This document shows positions 1 through 13,032 of a DNA stretch of 64,000 nucleotides, piece by piece; position 1 is the stretch's first letter, and every line of letters begins with the position of its first letter. The notes under the pieces were generated by a model that was not told the DNA's origin, ran no database searches, and saw only the letters and a program-made list of their open reading frames with translations. The stretch lies in contig RHPI01002910.1 in NCBI GenBank assembly GCA_009103225.1, positions 195,645 through 259,644 of the forward strand, read 5' to 3'. This DNA is from Chlorokybus atmophyticus (taxonomy: Eukaryota; Plantae; Mesostigma and Chlorokybus algae). The translations under genes were made by a program, and so were the position numbers.

Positions 1-367
1 GTGCGGTGGTGGTGCGAGTAGATGTGGTTGGAGGTTGTGGCGCGTGTGTATAGCAGAGGCTGTGACGCATGTGGGTGAGAGTGCGTGCATGTGCGTGCTT
101 GCAACTGTGTGTGCAAGTGTATGCGTGTGCATGCGAGTTCTCTCAAGCATGTTACCACGCACGCATGCACTTTTTGTGCTCGCACAAGCATGCATCGTTT
201 CTGTATGTACACACGCATGGGTACATATGCGGCATGCGTGTGCGCGCGCGTGAGGGTGACGCGCGCCCGAGTGCAAGTGTGTATGTGTGTGCGTGTGCAC
301 ACATGCACTTTCCTTAACACGCATTCAGTGACACCCGGTTTTACTTGTAGCCCCCCCCTCTTCGCAG

Positions 368-2164
368 TCGGCATCTTGAAGGCTCGTTCGCTTGCGCGCG
401 AGCACCGTCTCCCTCTCGTCCCGATCCACCACATGGAGGCCCACGCCCTCGTCGCGCGCGCCCTCGACGACGGCGTACGGTTCCCGTTCCTCACGCTGCT
501 CGTGTCGGGGGGACACAACCTGCTGCTCGTCGCGCATGGAGTAGGGAAGTACACGCAGCTGGGGACCACGCTGGATGATGCGCTAGGAGAGGTAACAGAC
601 GTGCACTAGCAATCACAAGTAACGACCTGTCTTGTGTTGGGTGCTGCTTGTGTCGCTGTCAGTTGTGCATAACAAGACCATTCAACCAGCTCTGGGCGCG
701 ACTTGTAGTGCCTTGAACTTGCCATACTGCATGCACGATTTGGCAGTGTACTTTGCTTCATGCTTGATGCTTGGCGCATAAGACAAAGAGCAGCATCGTC
801 TACATCATTGTAAGCTTATCTATGTTTGGTGCAACAGTGACACAAGACAGTAGTAGTAGTAGCAGGTCAGTGTACGCATTCTTTTCTTCTTTCTTGATAC
901 ATCAGCTACATCTTTATCCTAGCGGTGGCAGCATGATTCTATCAGTACTCACAGCCAGGCGATGAGAACCGGTGTGGCAGGCATTTGTGTTAGGGTCTCT
1001 GACTGATACACTGTGTGACTGCAACCCCACGCAGGCCTACGACAAGTCCGCCCGCCTGTTAGGTCTCGACATGTCCCTCGGCGGCGGCCCTATCTTAGAG
1101 CAGACCGCGCTCCTCGGCGACCCCTCCCGTTTCAACTTCCCGGTCCCGATGCGGGGCAAGCCCGGTTGCAACTTCTCGTACGCGGGGCTGAAGACGGCCG
1201 TGCGGACCGCCGTGATGAGGGAGATGGGGGGGGAGGAGGGGGAGGGGGAGGGGAAGGAGCAGGTGAGGAGGGATATCGCGGCGGGGTTTCAGAGGGTGGC
1301 GGTGGAGCATCTTGTGGAGAGGACGAGGAGGGCGATGGATTGGGCGAGGGAGATCGAACCGGAACTGAGCTGCATGGTAGGTTGGGTTTTTATGTCGTTT
1401 CCATGTACACACACATGGGCACGCATGCGTGCACACAGACACATGTACACGCACACACGCACATACACAGCCGCGAAACCGCTCGTGCACATGCACACAT
1501 GCACATACGCACGTACACATGCATGCAGTGTCCTTGTGGTTGTTGTCGCTGCTATGGCTGTTGTAATGTGATTACTCCTGATCGTTGCTTTGCCCCAGGT
1601 GGTCGCGGGTGGCGTGGCGGCGAACAAGGTCGTGCGCAGCCGGTTGACGGCCGCCGTCGCGGAGTGGGCGGAGGCGCGGTGCACCAGCGAGTTGCGGGTC
1701 GTCTTCCCCCCGCCACGGTTATGCACAGACAACGGTACCAGTGACTTGGCTTTGATTGTTTTATCTCTTTTGAGTATGACAGATTGGGTCGGACAGCCTT
1801 GTAAGGACTCGTGTTGTCATGTTGCTTCAATGACGTGTTGTTTGGTGCAGGTGTGATGGCGGCTTGGGCTGGTGTTGAGCGATACCAATTGGGCCTATAC
1901 GACCCTCCGCCCGCGATTGACAGCGATGACGCCCTGCTCGACATCCGGCCAAGGTACATTTATACACATTCTCTCTCATGCCCGCAGATGAAGTGACAAA
2001 ACATTTGTACTCCTCGTCGTTGCAGGTGGCCGTTGGGCAGCGTGTTTGCGCGTGGCGAGTCCGATGCGAAGTCGCTCAAGCTCAAGCACAGCTACCCGAC
2101 GCTGAGTGTATCGGACGAGGCTTTCACGGCAAATGCGCAGCGCGAGATGCAGAGCCGGATGTAG
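368..2164 (+). CDS. tsaD: Organellar tRNA N6-threonylcarbamoyltransferase (TsaD/Qri7/GCP1 family), 5' part outside window; exons ~368-590, 1035-1376, 1599-1737, 1851-1951, 2026-2164
   Basis: Spliced translation gives the hallmark motifs HHMEAH, LLVSGGH, DDALGEAYDK, NFSYAGLKT, VVAGGVAAN, CTDNGVM and DIRPRWPLG. GT-AG junctions join in frame; TAG at 2162-2164. Confidence 0.93.
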
Positions 2165-2472
2165 AAGATAGCCATTGCTTAGTGTGGAGTTAAGTTTGTG
2201 TAGTGATTATCTCAATCTGTTGGCCTTGCAAGCAATCGCCGGCCTGTATGAATGTCACATGTTGTTGTCTGCGCAAATACGTGCGACAGAGGCGTAGGCG
2301 TATAACGCAAGCACTCGGCACCAATCATGCAGCATTGCATCAGGCTTATCTATCAGCGTGTATGCTGCGAGTAAGTTGGAAATTGCGTCTGGATATGACA
2401 AATGTCGATCGTGCACAGTGTGGACCGACGGTATGCACAAGTGCCTCCAACCGACCACGCGACTCGTGTGCC

Positions 2473-5400
2473 TTATGCGGGTCGCGGCGGGCCGTTTACT
2501 GAACTCCTCGCCAACTTCTCTTTGAGCTGCACAACAGCGCACATCAACATGTGATTATCGTCTCTTTGAGCTGCACGACATCTCCGTCGTCGTTGTGAAT
2601 GATGATGTGCGGTGTCTATCTCTCACCTTCAGCTGAAGCGCACGGTGCGTGGCCACGTCCTGCCGCTCCTCGAACTTGCGGTACAGCTCCTCAGCCCGCG
2701 CCATCTGGAGACTGTTTCACCAAACGGGAGGAAACATTGACATGCACGAGTCCCAGCATCAGTATTGGTCTTTATGCGATTTGACGCACACAAGCGCGCA
2801 TGCGCACGCGCACGCGCTAACGCGTGTGTGCGTGTGTGTCTCTGTATGCATGCACTGAACAGACATACACGTGTTCGTGCGTGTTTCTCTGTGTGCATTC
2901 ACGTGCAACAACACATGCGTGCACGCACGCGCGCACGCATTCTACTGCAATCTATTTAAGGAACCCAACTGACTCTCACACACATGCACACACGTGTGCT
3001 GTATGCACGTGTCCATGGTGTGTTGCGACACAACGCATGTGCACGCACACGTATGCCCTCGTGGTCATGCACACATCGAAAGCACACACGTACGTGGCGG
3101 CTATCTCCTGCGCGAGGCTCTCTTGCGCGACCCGGTCTCTCTCCACCTCCTCCTTCTTCAGCCTCTGCTTCTCAGCCACTTGCGCCTGTTGTGTCACGCA
3201 CATATCACACGTCACGCACATGACCACCCCATACGCGATGTGTTGGTCGCATGTGCAAAAGGCTCTCACGTCGAGTGCGTCGTAGTATTGGCGCCTTCTC
3301 ATGGCCTCCGCGCCGTCCCGCACGCGCGTGTCCGGCTCGCACGGGTACGCGCCCGCAGGCACGTTGAACTGCAACAACACCAGTATCACATGAGTACCGG
3401 TACCACCTTTGAATTGCAAGACAACAAGGCACGCGTGTGTACGCAAGTGTGTGTACCTGCTCTTTCCAGGAAGCCCGGCGCAACTCGGCCTTGCGCCTTA
3501 TCTCATCCACCATCTGAGCCTTTAAGAACTCCTAAGAAGCAACGTGTGCATGTTGAAAACTTCAAACCTTTCAACCACCACCACCACCACCACCACAACA
3601 ACAACAACAGCACTTTTCTCACCCTGTACTCGCGCTCCTTCTCCATCTTCTTCGACTGCATCTTGCGCGCTTCCGCATCGAGCTGCACACAACCACACAA
3701 CACAACGATAAAAGATACGCGCTATACACCATGTGCATATTGACCGTGTGCCAATGTGGTACTACTCCTCCCCCTCACCTTGGCCTTGAGTTGTTGCGTG
3801 TACTTGTCCATGCGCTCCGCCTGCGCGGCCTCGCTCGCAAGCTTCGCCTGAAGACGCTCGTACGCAGAACGCGTCGCGCGGTCTGATGCACATGTGTTGG
3901 TTGTTGTTGATGTGGGATGATGTTGATGTTGTTTGTGTTTGTGGTGGTGGTGGTGGATGAGGGTGAGGGTGAGGGTGATGGTACCTTGGATGCTGAGGTT
4001 GATGGTAGCCGCGAGGGGGGTGCCGGCCTGTATGCGTGAGAGCATAAGCATGAACAACAGCGATGGATGTGAACAGGGAGAAGGAGGAGACGCCAATAGC
4101 GACAGACGCATGCGCACACTATGTGACAAGAAAACATGCACACACACGCAGATGCACACGCACTCGCACACAGCAGCAGCAGCCACTCACCCTGTCAATG
4201 GCGTCCTCGCACGCATCGGCCAGGTGCCTATGCAACAGCTCCGCAGACATATCTCTGAGAAATACCAGATCCAACACATCACCACCAACAACTCCCCCAC
4301 AAACAACAGTTCACACACACATTACATCATCCAACGACAAACTCACAGTTCCCTGCCGTGGTGGGGTTGTCTAAGGCCGCCTCCCTTCAAACCCGCGTTA
4401 TCGGTGTTGGCGCGGGTGGTGCTCGTTGGGTTGTTGGCGTTCGCTCGCACGGTGGTGTTGTCCTTGTTGTTGTTGTTGTTGCTGGTGATGGGGTTGCGAG
4501 GGGGCGGGGCCTTGGGCTTCACCTGCGCGTCGTGGTGTTGGTGTTGCATACCGATACACGTGTGCGCGTATAGCTGCAATTCATACTGTCTGTGTGCCGG
4601 TGTTAATTTACGGGAAAGTCTCTCTTGTGTGCGGGGGAATTACCTTTGTTGCGGGTGTAGGCACCCGCTCTTTACTACTCTGCTGCGCTGGCTTTCTCAA
4701 CTGCAGCAGGTTGTTATGTCAATTACTGACGCACCTACACAGACACGCACATGCACAGACACCAGCACGTACAACTGCAGCACGCATGCATGCACGCACC
4801 GCGCAGACACGCACGCGCACGCATCTCAACCTGCGCTGCGAGATTACGCAGCAGGGTCGCTCACCATGATGATCCCGCTCTCTCTCTCCTCCCCTCCTCC
4901 CTGCTGCGCTGCACTCCTAGCACTCATCCTCCCCCTCCCCCTCTCCCCAATCCCCTTCAGGTCCATCTCCCCCCCNNNNNNNNNNNNNNNNNNNNNNNNN
5001 NNNNNNNNNNNNNNNNNNNNNNNNNNNNNNNNNNNNNNNNNNNNNNNNNNNNNNNNNNNNNNNNNNNNNNNNNNNNNNNNNNNNNNNNNNNNNNNNNNNN
5101 NNNNNNNNNNNNNNNNNNNNNNNNNNNNNNNNNNNNNNNNNNNNNNNNNNNNNNNNNNNNNNNNNNNNNNNNNNNNNNNNNNNNNNNNNNNNNNNNNNNN
5201 NNNNNNNNNNNNNNNNNNNNNNNNNNNNNNNNNNNNNNNNNNNNNNNNNNNNNNNNNNNNNNNNNNNNNNNNNNNNNNNNNNNNNNNNNNNNNNNNNNNN
5301 NNNNNNNNNNNNNNNNNNNNNNNNNNNNNNNNNNNNNNNNNNNNNNNNNNNNNNNNNNNNNNNNNNNNNNNNNNNNNNNNNNNNNNNNNNNNNNNNNNNN

Positions 5401-6090
5401 NNNNNNNNNNNNNNNNNNNNNNNNNNNNNNNNNNNNNNNNNNNNNNNNNNNNNNNNNNNNNNNNNNNNNNNNNNNNNNNNNNNNNNNNNNNNNNNNNNNN
5501 NNNNNNNNNNNNNNNNNNNNNNNNNNNNNNNNNNNNNNNNNNNNNNNNNNNNNNNNNNNNNNNNNNNNNNNNNNNNNNNNNNNNNNNNNNNNNNNNNNNN
5601 NNNNNNNNNNNNNNNNNNNNNNNNNNNNNNNNNNNNNNNNNNNNNNNNNNNNNNNNNNNNNNNNNNNNNNNNNNNNNNNNNNNNNNNNNNNNNNNNNNNN
5701 NNNNNNNNNNNNNNNNNNNNNNNNNNNNNNNNNNNNNNNNNNNNNNNNNNNNNNNNNNGGGTGGGCGGGGGTGGGTGGGGGTGGGGATGCGTGTGTGGGC
5801 GGGCGTGCGTGCGTGTGAATCAGTGTGTATGCGTGCACAACATGTACACGCACGCACTAGGCCTGTTTTCGAGCGCGGGCGTGAGCACAACTCTATGATC
5901 GTCTGTGCGTGCTTTGTCGATGAGCTTTGATTTTGAAGTCTACCTTATTCGCGGCGAGTTGTGCCCCAATCCAGCGGGACACAGCTACCCACACTCTCTG
6001 GCACGTCTGCGGGCTCTCGCGCCTCCTCCTCGCGCACTCCTCAAACACCTCCCTCATGGAAGATGAGCCGTGTGCCCCGTCGCAAACACA
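2473..6090 (-). CDS. Multi-exon coiled-coil protein, weakly CCDC81-like; model incomplete and interrupted by the assembly gap
   Basis: Exon-like segments with splice signals encode charged helical peptides (QAQVAEKQRLKKEEVERDRVAQESLAQEIA; AYERLQAKLASEAAQAERMDKYTQQLKAK; LKEKLARSSVNGPPRPA*). The segment at ~5945-6080 (TCQRVWVAVSRWIGAQLAANK|GT) recalls, from memory, the HU-like N-terminus of CCDC81. Frame continuity across 4200-4900 is not resolved. Confidence 0.45.
4976..5758. other. Assembly gap (783 N)
   Basis: Run of N, flanked by C-rich and G-rich low-complexity sequence. Confidence 1.
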
Positions 6091-6658
6091 CCAGCAGCTG
6101 TTGTTGACTTGCAACAAGTTCCTATATCCTATACTCCAACAACCTATCTATCTCACCACTGTGGTTATATCAATCTGTCCAATCTATGCCATGACCATTG
6201 CCAGTACATTAAGGCAGTGCTACTACCTGGCAGTGTTACACTGGATTCAGCAGCTCCTTGCGTGTGTGTGAAGTGCCACACAGCCTGCCGGCCCCCTAGA
6301 CTCGTTCTTAACACGCTCGAGGCTAAGTGCCAAGTGCACGCACGCCCACAGCGCTAAATACACCCTCACCGTCTCCTGCATCACCACTACTGCACAAAGT
6401 ACAATACAATAACAGCTAGCGACTACAGGTCTTGTCTCATGTACACAGTGGCATCCTCTCTCTGCGTGTGTGTGTGTGTGTGCGCGTGTGAAATCACTGC
6501 ACGCCGCTTGGATCTTCTCAGGTGGCTTTGTGCTGCCGCAAATGGCGCACACAACAAAAAGAGACAGACACGCCCACACCATTTTCGTGTCACGTGACGC
6601 TCGGATCGGGATCCTCGCAGCACCCTACGTGATCTGGATTGGGTGGGCACGTTGGCAA

Positions 6659-6670
6659 TTGGCGGGAAAA
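6659..6670 (+). promoter_or_regulatory. E2F-like site (TTGGCGGGAAAA) in the divergent promoter between the coiled-coil gene and the TPR-DnaJ gene
   Basis: Exact match to the E2F/DP consensus (reverse complement TTTTCCCGCCAA), located between two head-to-head genes. Confidence 0.4.
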
Positions 6671-6959
6671 CGCGCGAGAGGGTCAGGCGTCGCGGTTAAC
6701 AATGGGCTGCAACTAACCGCGGTGACTGGAACGTTCCGAAGGCAGCAGCAGCGGCAGTTAACCAAAACAGGCAGCGGTGGCAGGGACAGCTGGCGACGGC
6801 GGCGGCGGCGGCGTGGCTGGCGTGGTTGCAGTCGACCGGCGTGAGGACAGGAGTGCATTGTGGGTACTGCGAGGGTGCGCTGCTGGTTGGGGTCTTGCTC
6901 GGGGCAGGTCCAGCGGCAAATGCTGGTGCGGTGGTCTCACTGGCTGTGACTGGGCTGAA

Positions 6960-6968
6960 TTAGGGTTT
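6960..6968 (-). promoter_or_regulatory. Telo-box (AAACCCTAA on minus strand) just upstream of the TPR-DnaJ start codon
   Basis: TTAGGGTTT at 6960-6968, about 30 nt before the ATG at 6998. Confidence 0.4.
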
Positions 6969-6997
6969 GTTCTGCTGGTACGCTCAAGCAGCCAGCC

Positions 6998-9900
6998 ATG
7001 GGCTCAGCGACGGCGGCTCCTCCTGCGGCGGAGCACGCCGTCGCTGCTGCTGACGATGCTGACGCGCAAGCGGCAGTTGAGCTCAAGAAGAAGGGCGATG
7101 CCGCGTTCAGGGCTCAGAACTATGAGGCCGCGTACGAGCACTATGCCAAGGCGCTCGCTCACAACCCGAGCAGGTGTGCATGCTTCTGAACAGCACTCCC
7201 GCAGTTCAGAGCACCTAGCTTAACACTTTCATTGCTCTTGCCAGCACGAAGGCATCAGAAGTTGCGTCACATTGGCACATGAAACGTACTGTGTGTCTCT
7301 GTATGACACTTGACACATCAGCCAGTCCCCTCCCTCATTCAACAGCTTGTGCTGAACTTCGAGCTAAATGCACTTCCAGCTGAGCTCAGCTAAACACGCT
7401 ATGCTGCTAATTTGAACAACACTGTAATGTGTGCATGTTGTTTAGATCTCTCTCACCAACAGCATTGAGTGGACGCTACATGGGTGTTTTGGCGTTCTTG
7501 ACTTGTTCAGTCTGCAATTTCCACCATTTTGACCCGTTCTATGGCTCTTCGCTCTTGCCCATCGCAGCACTGTGCTGTTGGGTAATCGCGCGTTCGCAGC
7601 ACAGAAGTTGGGGCGCCGCCGCCAGGCGCTGCTCGACAGCAAGCGCTGCGTAGAGCTCGAGCCGGAATGGGCGAAGGGATGGTACCGCTTGGGCTCTGCG
7701 CTGCTCGCTTGCGACTGGGCTGCTGAGGTATGCCATGCACCAACCAATGAAACGGACACAGAAATTTGTGGTAACCAAGATACTATAACCCAAGGAGCTA
7801 CTGGCTCAGCGCATGTGGTTCGTCCAGCATCTGCAATTGTGTTGGTAGTTCGTAGCTTGTTCGTCGCTTATGCTTAACTGACTTAGTCACGGTCCAATTA
7901 TGTATGACACTCAATCATTGTCACAGGCTGTTGAAGCATTCAAGCATGGTCTCGAGATTGCACCTAATAACAGAGAGTTGAAGACAGGCCATGAGCAGGT
8001 AAGACTTGGCATGAGTTCAAAGTACTATGGCAGCTGGTACAACCGCATACGAGCTTAGCTGCTTGCGCATCTCATGGTTGTGCATACTGCTAGAAGTTGG
8101 CCGGCAGCTGTGTTCAACTAGCATGCTGTCGCGTAGCGCTTGCTGTTCACATTGTTGGGCAATGCATGCATGGTTCTGGCATGGAGCTAAGTCGCGGTTG
8201 TGGAATTGCAGGCGCTCGAGTCTCTTCAGCAGCGGCAACAGCAACTAGCTTCCATCAAAGAGTCGCATAGCGTTGCAAATGGCAGTCTGGAAAATGGCAT
8301 AGCTATGCTCAGCAATGGCAGCAGCGCTAGCAGCCTGGTCGATGCGAATGGCAGTGAGAGTGCTGTTGCGGATAGTCAGGTAAGAGAAAGGCGAATTGCA
8401 TGCCAGTAAGGGAATGGTTGTCGGTCATGACGCTGGACCAGTGTTGTCTAAATGTGTTTCATGTGGATTGAGTTTGCACCATGCATGCAACTCTGCTGGG
8501 GCGACCATGGCATATCATGTACCAGGCTTGTTGATACTATTCACATGGTCCCTTTGCATGGCGTTGCTCATAAGGCGTTGTGTCATGTTGCATTTGACAG
8601 CGTGCTTGAGTTCAGCCACATGATGGTCAATGGTATAACAGTTTTCCCGACTGGCGTAAGTCAGTCATGGGAGTCAATTAATCCACTGATGGCTGCGTCT
8701 GCCCTAGCTGACCAAAGCACACATGCGTGTAGCTATGATGGGTTGTAGCTATTGTTGTTGCTATTCAATGCTACTTGAATGGCTGCAGTGGACAGCGTGT
8801 TTATGACTCACCACCCATGTGCGCTGTACGTGCAGGAAGAGCAGGCAATGGCCGTGGGGTCAGAGCGCGGCTCCGATGACGGCAACAGCTTGCTTGAAGC
8901 TGACGATCAGGAAGCACCGGCCGAGCTTTCACAAGAATTGCGCTCGCAGATATGGGATACGCTGAACGGCACGTTTGTTTCGGAAGCTCCAACCAAACAT
9001 GGTGGACCGGACGTTCCCATGCAGTCGGCGCCCAAAGCTGCACCCGAGGAGTCATCAGTCAGGCCATCAGCCGTACAGGCAGAGCCGGACACGAGCATGC
9101 CAACAGCATCATTCCAAGGTAAGAAATCGTCAAAGCAGGTACCAGTGGTTATTCAGCTTGCTAGATGCTTATTGATAGTGGCTGGGGTTATCTTAAAGAT
9201 TCGCAAGAGGAGGTTATGCAAGCACAAAGGGTTGCCGAAGCCGAGGCTTTCAAGACGCAGGGCAATGAACATTACAAGAACGGACGCTACCACGAAGCCA
9301 TGGAAGCATACGGGGAAGCCATCACTCTCATGCCCAACGAAGCAGCTTATCACGGCAATCGGGCAGCCGCGGCGCTCATGCTGCGCAGATTCTCAGAAGC
9401 CGCTGCAGGTTGCATACAGGCCACAACACTGGACCCGACATACACGCGCGGTTATGCACGAGCGGGCAAAGCCTACCTCGCGATGGGGCTTGTGGATCAG
9501 GCGCGGTCGCAATACAGGGAGGCCCTGCGCAGGGACCCCGGCAACCGCACGCTCGCGGTTGAGGCCCAACAAGCCGAAGCCGTGGCCACCATGTTGCAAA
9601 CGGGTGAGGCTGCGCTTGATAGCAATCCGGACAGGGCTTTGAGTTTGGCGGAAAACGCGTTGACGCACGCTCCTGCTTCGGAACGGCTGCTCATGATAAA
9701 GTGTAAGGCGCTTTTACGGAAAGAGCGCTATCCCGATGCCGTAGCTGCGTCAAGAGACTTGACATGGCACGGCGATGCAAATGCTAGCGAGGTGAGGCTT
9801 TTATACTGATGTTGTTGCTATGCATCACGCATGCCACTCAGTAGTCATCAATTTGACCCAAGCTTGTTTATGACATGGCATGCAGGTGTTGGTTATTCGG

Positions 9901-11206
9901 GGGGAGGCTTTGTATAGGTCCGGGAACATGCCGCTTGCGCAGAGGATATTCGAGGAGGCGCTGCGAAGAGACCCGGACAGCACGGCGTGCCGGATTGGGC
10001 TCAAGCGCGTCCGCCAGTTGAATCAGCTCAAAGAAAGCGGCAATGCGGCATTCAAGAATGCCAGGTGGCAGGTGAGTCTTGAACGCCGTGCCGCATAGTG
10101 CCATCGTGTTGCTCTATGAGAGTGAGATGGGAACTCTGTATTGCGTGAGTAAAGGACAGTATATAAGACAGTGTTGATGCGAGTGCTTTTGTCAGCCATG
10201 TGCGGGCTCGTGATTATCGTATTACAGCATAGTAAATGTTGTGGCTGACTGTGCTCGTGTTGGTCACCTTTTGCTTACTCATGTTTGCATGCATGAACAG
10301 GAAGCGTTCGATTGCTACACGTCAGCACTGGCAGTGGATCCCTCGTTAAAGAGCGATTTCATGGCGACAGTTGCCTGCAACAGAGCCGCAGCGGCGTCCA
10401 AGCTTGGCAACCACAAACAGGCCGTAGAAGATTGTGACATGGCCATCGCCTGCAACCCCGACTTTGTCAAGGCGTTCTTGCGCCGTGCCGCTGCAAAAAC
10501 GGCCCTTGACCAGTTTGATGATGCGGTATGTGGACTCGCATGTGTTGTGGGGTGTTTACGTGTGGAATGTTGCCTACCTCAGCTTTACCCATGCATCACA
10601 TGCACACATGTCAAGACACTCAACAGACTTGGCGTTTTCTGTTGAGTAGAGCTTTGTCTAGTTTTTGCTGCGCGTCATTGTGTACTGTGTCTACAGGTAA
10701 GGGATTATGACAAGGTCAAGCAGCTGGACCCCAGCACGCCGAACATCTCTCAGATGCTGAAGGACGCCCAGTTAGCTTTGAAGAAATCCAAGCGCGTGGA
10801 CTACTACAAGATCCTGGAGATCGACAAGACTGCCACGGACGCTGACATCAAGAAGGCGTACCGGAAGCAGGCCCTCCGTTGGCATCCCGACAAGCAGAGC
10901 GCCAACAACAAAGAGACCAACGACACGGACGACCAGGAGAAGGCCGACAAGATGTTCAAGCTCATCGGCGAGGCCAACGCCGTGCTGTCCGACCCCGCCA
11001 AGAGGAGGAAGTTTGACGCGGGCTACTCGCTGGAAGAGATCGAAAACGGCGGAGGGATGGACGACATGTTTGGCGGGTTTGGAGGAGGCGTGTCGATGGC
11101 GGATCTATTTGGTCATGGGCATGGACATGGACATGGCAACTTTGCGGGGTTCCGACAAGGGCCGAGCCCCTTTTCAAATGGGCGGTATTCGTCGCGCCAC
11201 TATTAG
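6998..11206 (+). CDS. TPR-repeat + C-terminal J-domain co-chaperone (DNAJC7/Tpr2-like) with an additional N-terminal TPR block; about 9 exons
   Basis: Multiple TPR motifs (ELKKKGDAAFRAQNYEAAYEHYAKAL; AFKTQGNEHYKNGRYHEAMEAY; QLKESGNAAFKNARW), a J-domain DYYKILEI...ALRWHPDK...MFKLIGEANAVLSDP and a G/F-rich tail. In-frame GT-AG junctions; TAG at 11204-11206. Confidence 0.9.
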
Positions 11207-13032
11207 CACGCATTGGGCAACTGTTTGGTGAAGTACTAGTTTGTATGTCCACGCTGCTATGTGTGTGAGCAGCCACTACCGCTGGCTGGGTGCTTTGCAT
11301 GTCCAAGGCGTCTGTTGTGTTTATTGGTGTGATGAAGTTTTGTCTGTTAAGGTGCAGCCTGGCACACCTGCAGTGGGGTGTCTCTGAGCAGGGTGTATGA
11401 TGCCCAAGCGGGCGATTGCTGCAGTTTGCGCGCGATGTAAGACATTCCAGGTTGCTGTACTGCTGGATAGTGGTTGCACCAGCAAGTACAGGGGTGTACC
11501 ATCCACAGAATTCACATCAAGTGAAAAACGAGTTGTGTGCTGAGGGGTGATTGATGTACTTATTCTGCAGGCAGTAGTACAGGCGAGCAGCACATATCAG
11601 TACACACAAGCACACGCCTCCTCTTAGTGGAGTACATACATGCGTTGCATTTTGTTTTCGATGATGCCAAAGCTGCATACGTGGCTGCGCAGACTAGAAC
11701 ACACTACTACTTACAAGTGTAGGTGTGTTTGTTCACCGCTGCGCAGATTGATGGATACTGGCATGCCAAGCTGCTCTTCGATGTAGCCAGTGACATCTAG
11801 AGAAGCTACAGTAAGAGGCAACCGTCGTGATTGTCGTGTCACAGAGGATGGCCGCACCAAACTCTGGCCCTCCGTAATGCAATACGGCAACAGTATGACT
11901 GAAACTGACTACACTCCTCACGCATAGCACGCATGCTCGGGCATGGCTCCTTCTAGGCATGGACAGCGCAGACCGGTGGGGCACACATGCAATGGGGTTT
12001 CCTTGTTCCTTGCATAGCACGAGTACAGCCCTGGTGCGGTCAGCATGTCAAACGTGTCATCACGTAACAGGTACATGGCAGCAAAGGCTAAGAAACAAGA
12101 CGCGTGCGCTCTGCAGCAGGCCTGCTTATTGGATTGCATGACTGTATGTTTGCCAGTCGGCGCATCTAAGGAATACACAGACTGGCAATGCAGTCATGCA
12201 ATTATGTTCACTGCATAATGTAGTGTCACTGCTGTGATCATACCAAGCATGCAAAACGCTGGCCATCTCTCCACCCCTTGACATTGCATGCCATATCGTG
12301 TGGGCATCCCAATCTTGATACAAACCAACTACTACTCTTTCAGGTCATCTTCTGCTTGAAACCAGCTGTGCTATGCAACAGCCTGATCCAAGTACAGCTG
12401 TACTCACCATGTGTGTGCTCACCAGGTTTATACATGGCTTACTGTGTGCATTAACAGTAAAAAGTAAAAGCCAGTCGCCAGGCTGGCTCTCATCTCTTGC
12501 TCCTCCTCCTCCTCCTCCTCCTCATCATCATCATCAATCGCCGCCACCACTGTCTCACCGCCGTTTGGCCCACTCTCACTGCTGGAGGCAGCGGCCGCGG
12601 CAGCGGCAGCGGCGGCGGCGGCGGCGCAGGAGTGCTACGGTAGGAGGCCAGGAGGAGCAGGAGGAGGAGGAGGAGGAGGAGGAGCCGCCGCCGAAGTTCA
12701 GCGTGCTGGGCTGGACGAGAAGAGGAAAGCTTCTGCCGCACACGTTCACACAGCCAGTAACGTTGGCGAGACAGACAATTCGGGAGGAAGGTGAGGTTTT
12801 GTGTCTCTGACTGATCTTCATGCAGACGATACACGATGAAGTTGGTTTGAACTTGTCGTACAAGCATCCGCACTCAGAGACACAAACCTCACGCATGCAA
12901 GCACGCAAGTGCATGCACGCATGCACTCGCAGGTGTATGCGTATGTCCGCAGTGCACACACACACACACAGATGATTGTCCCTCACCATGTGCGTCCGCG
13001 CATGCGCGTGTGCGTGTCCCGCAGTCCCCACC

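Noticed and set aside
35-317. Cys/Val/His/Thr-rich ORFs here and throughout the window
   Set aside because: They are translations of intronic CA/TG tracts, not proteins.
3933-5930. Long ORFs (665, 355, 348 and 298 aa) in the ORF track
   Set aside because: They are artefacts of translating through the N gap.
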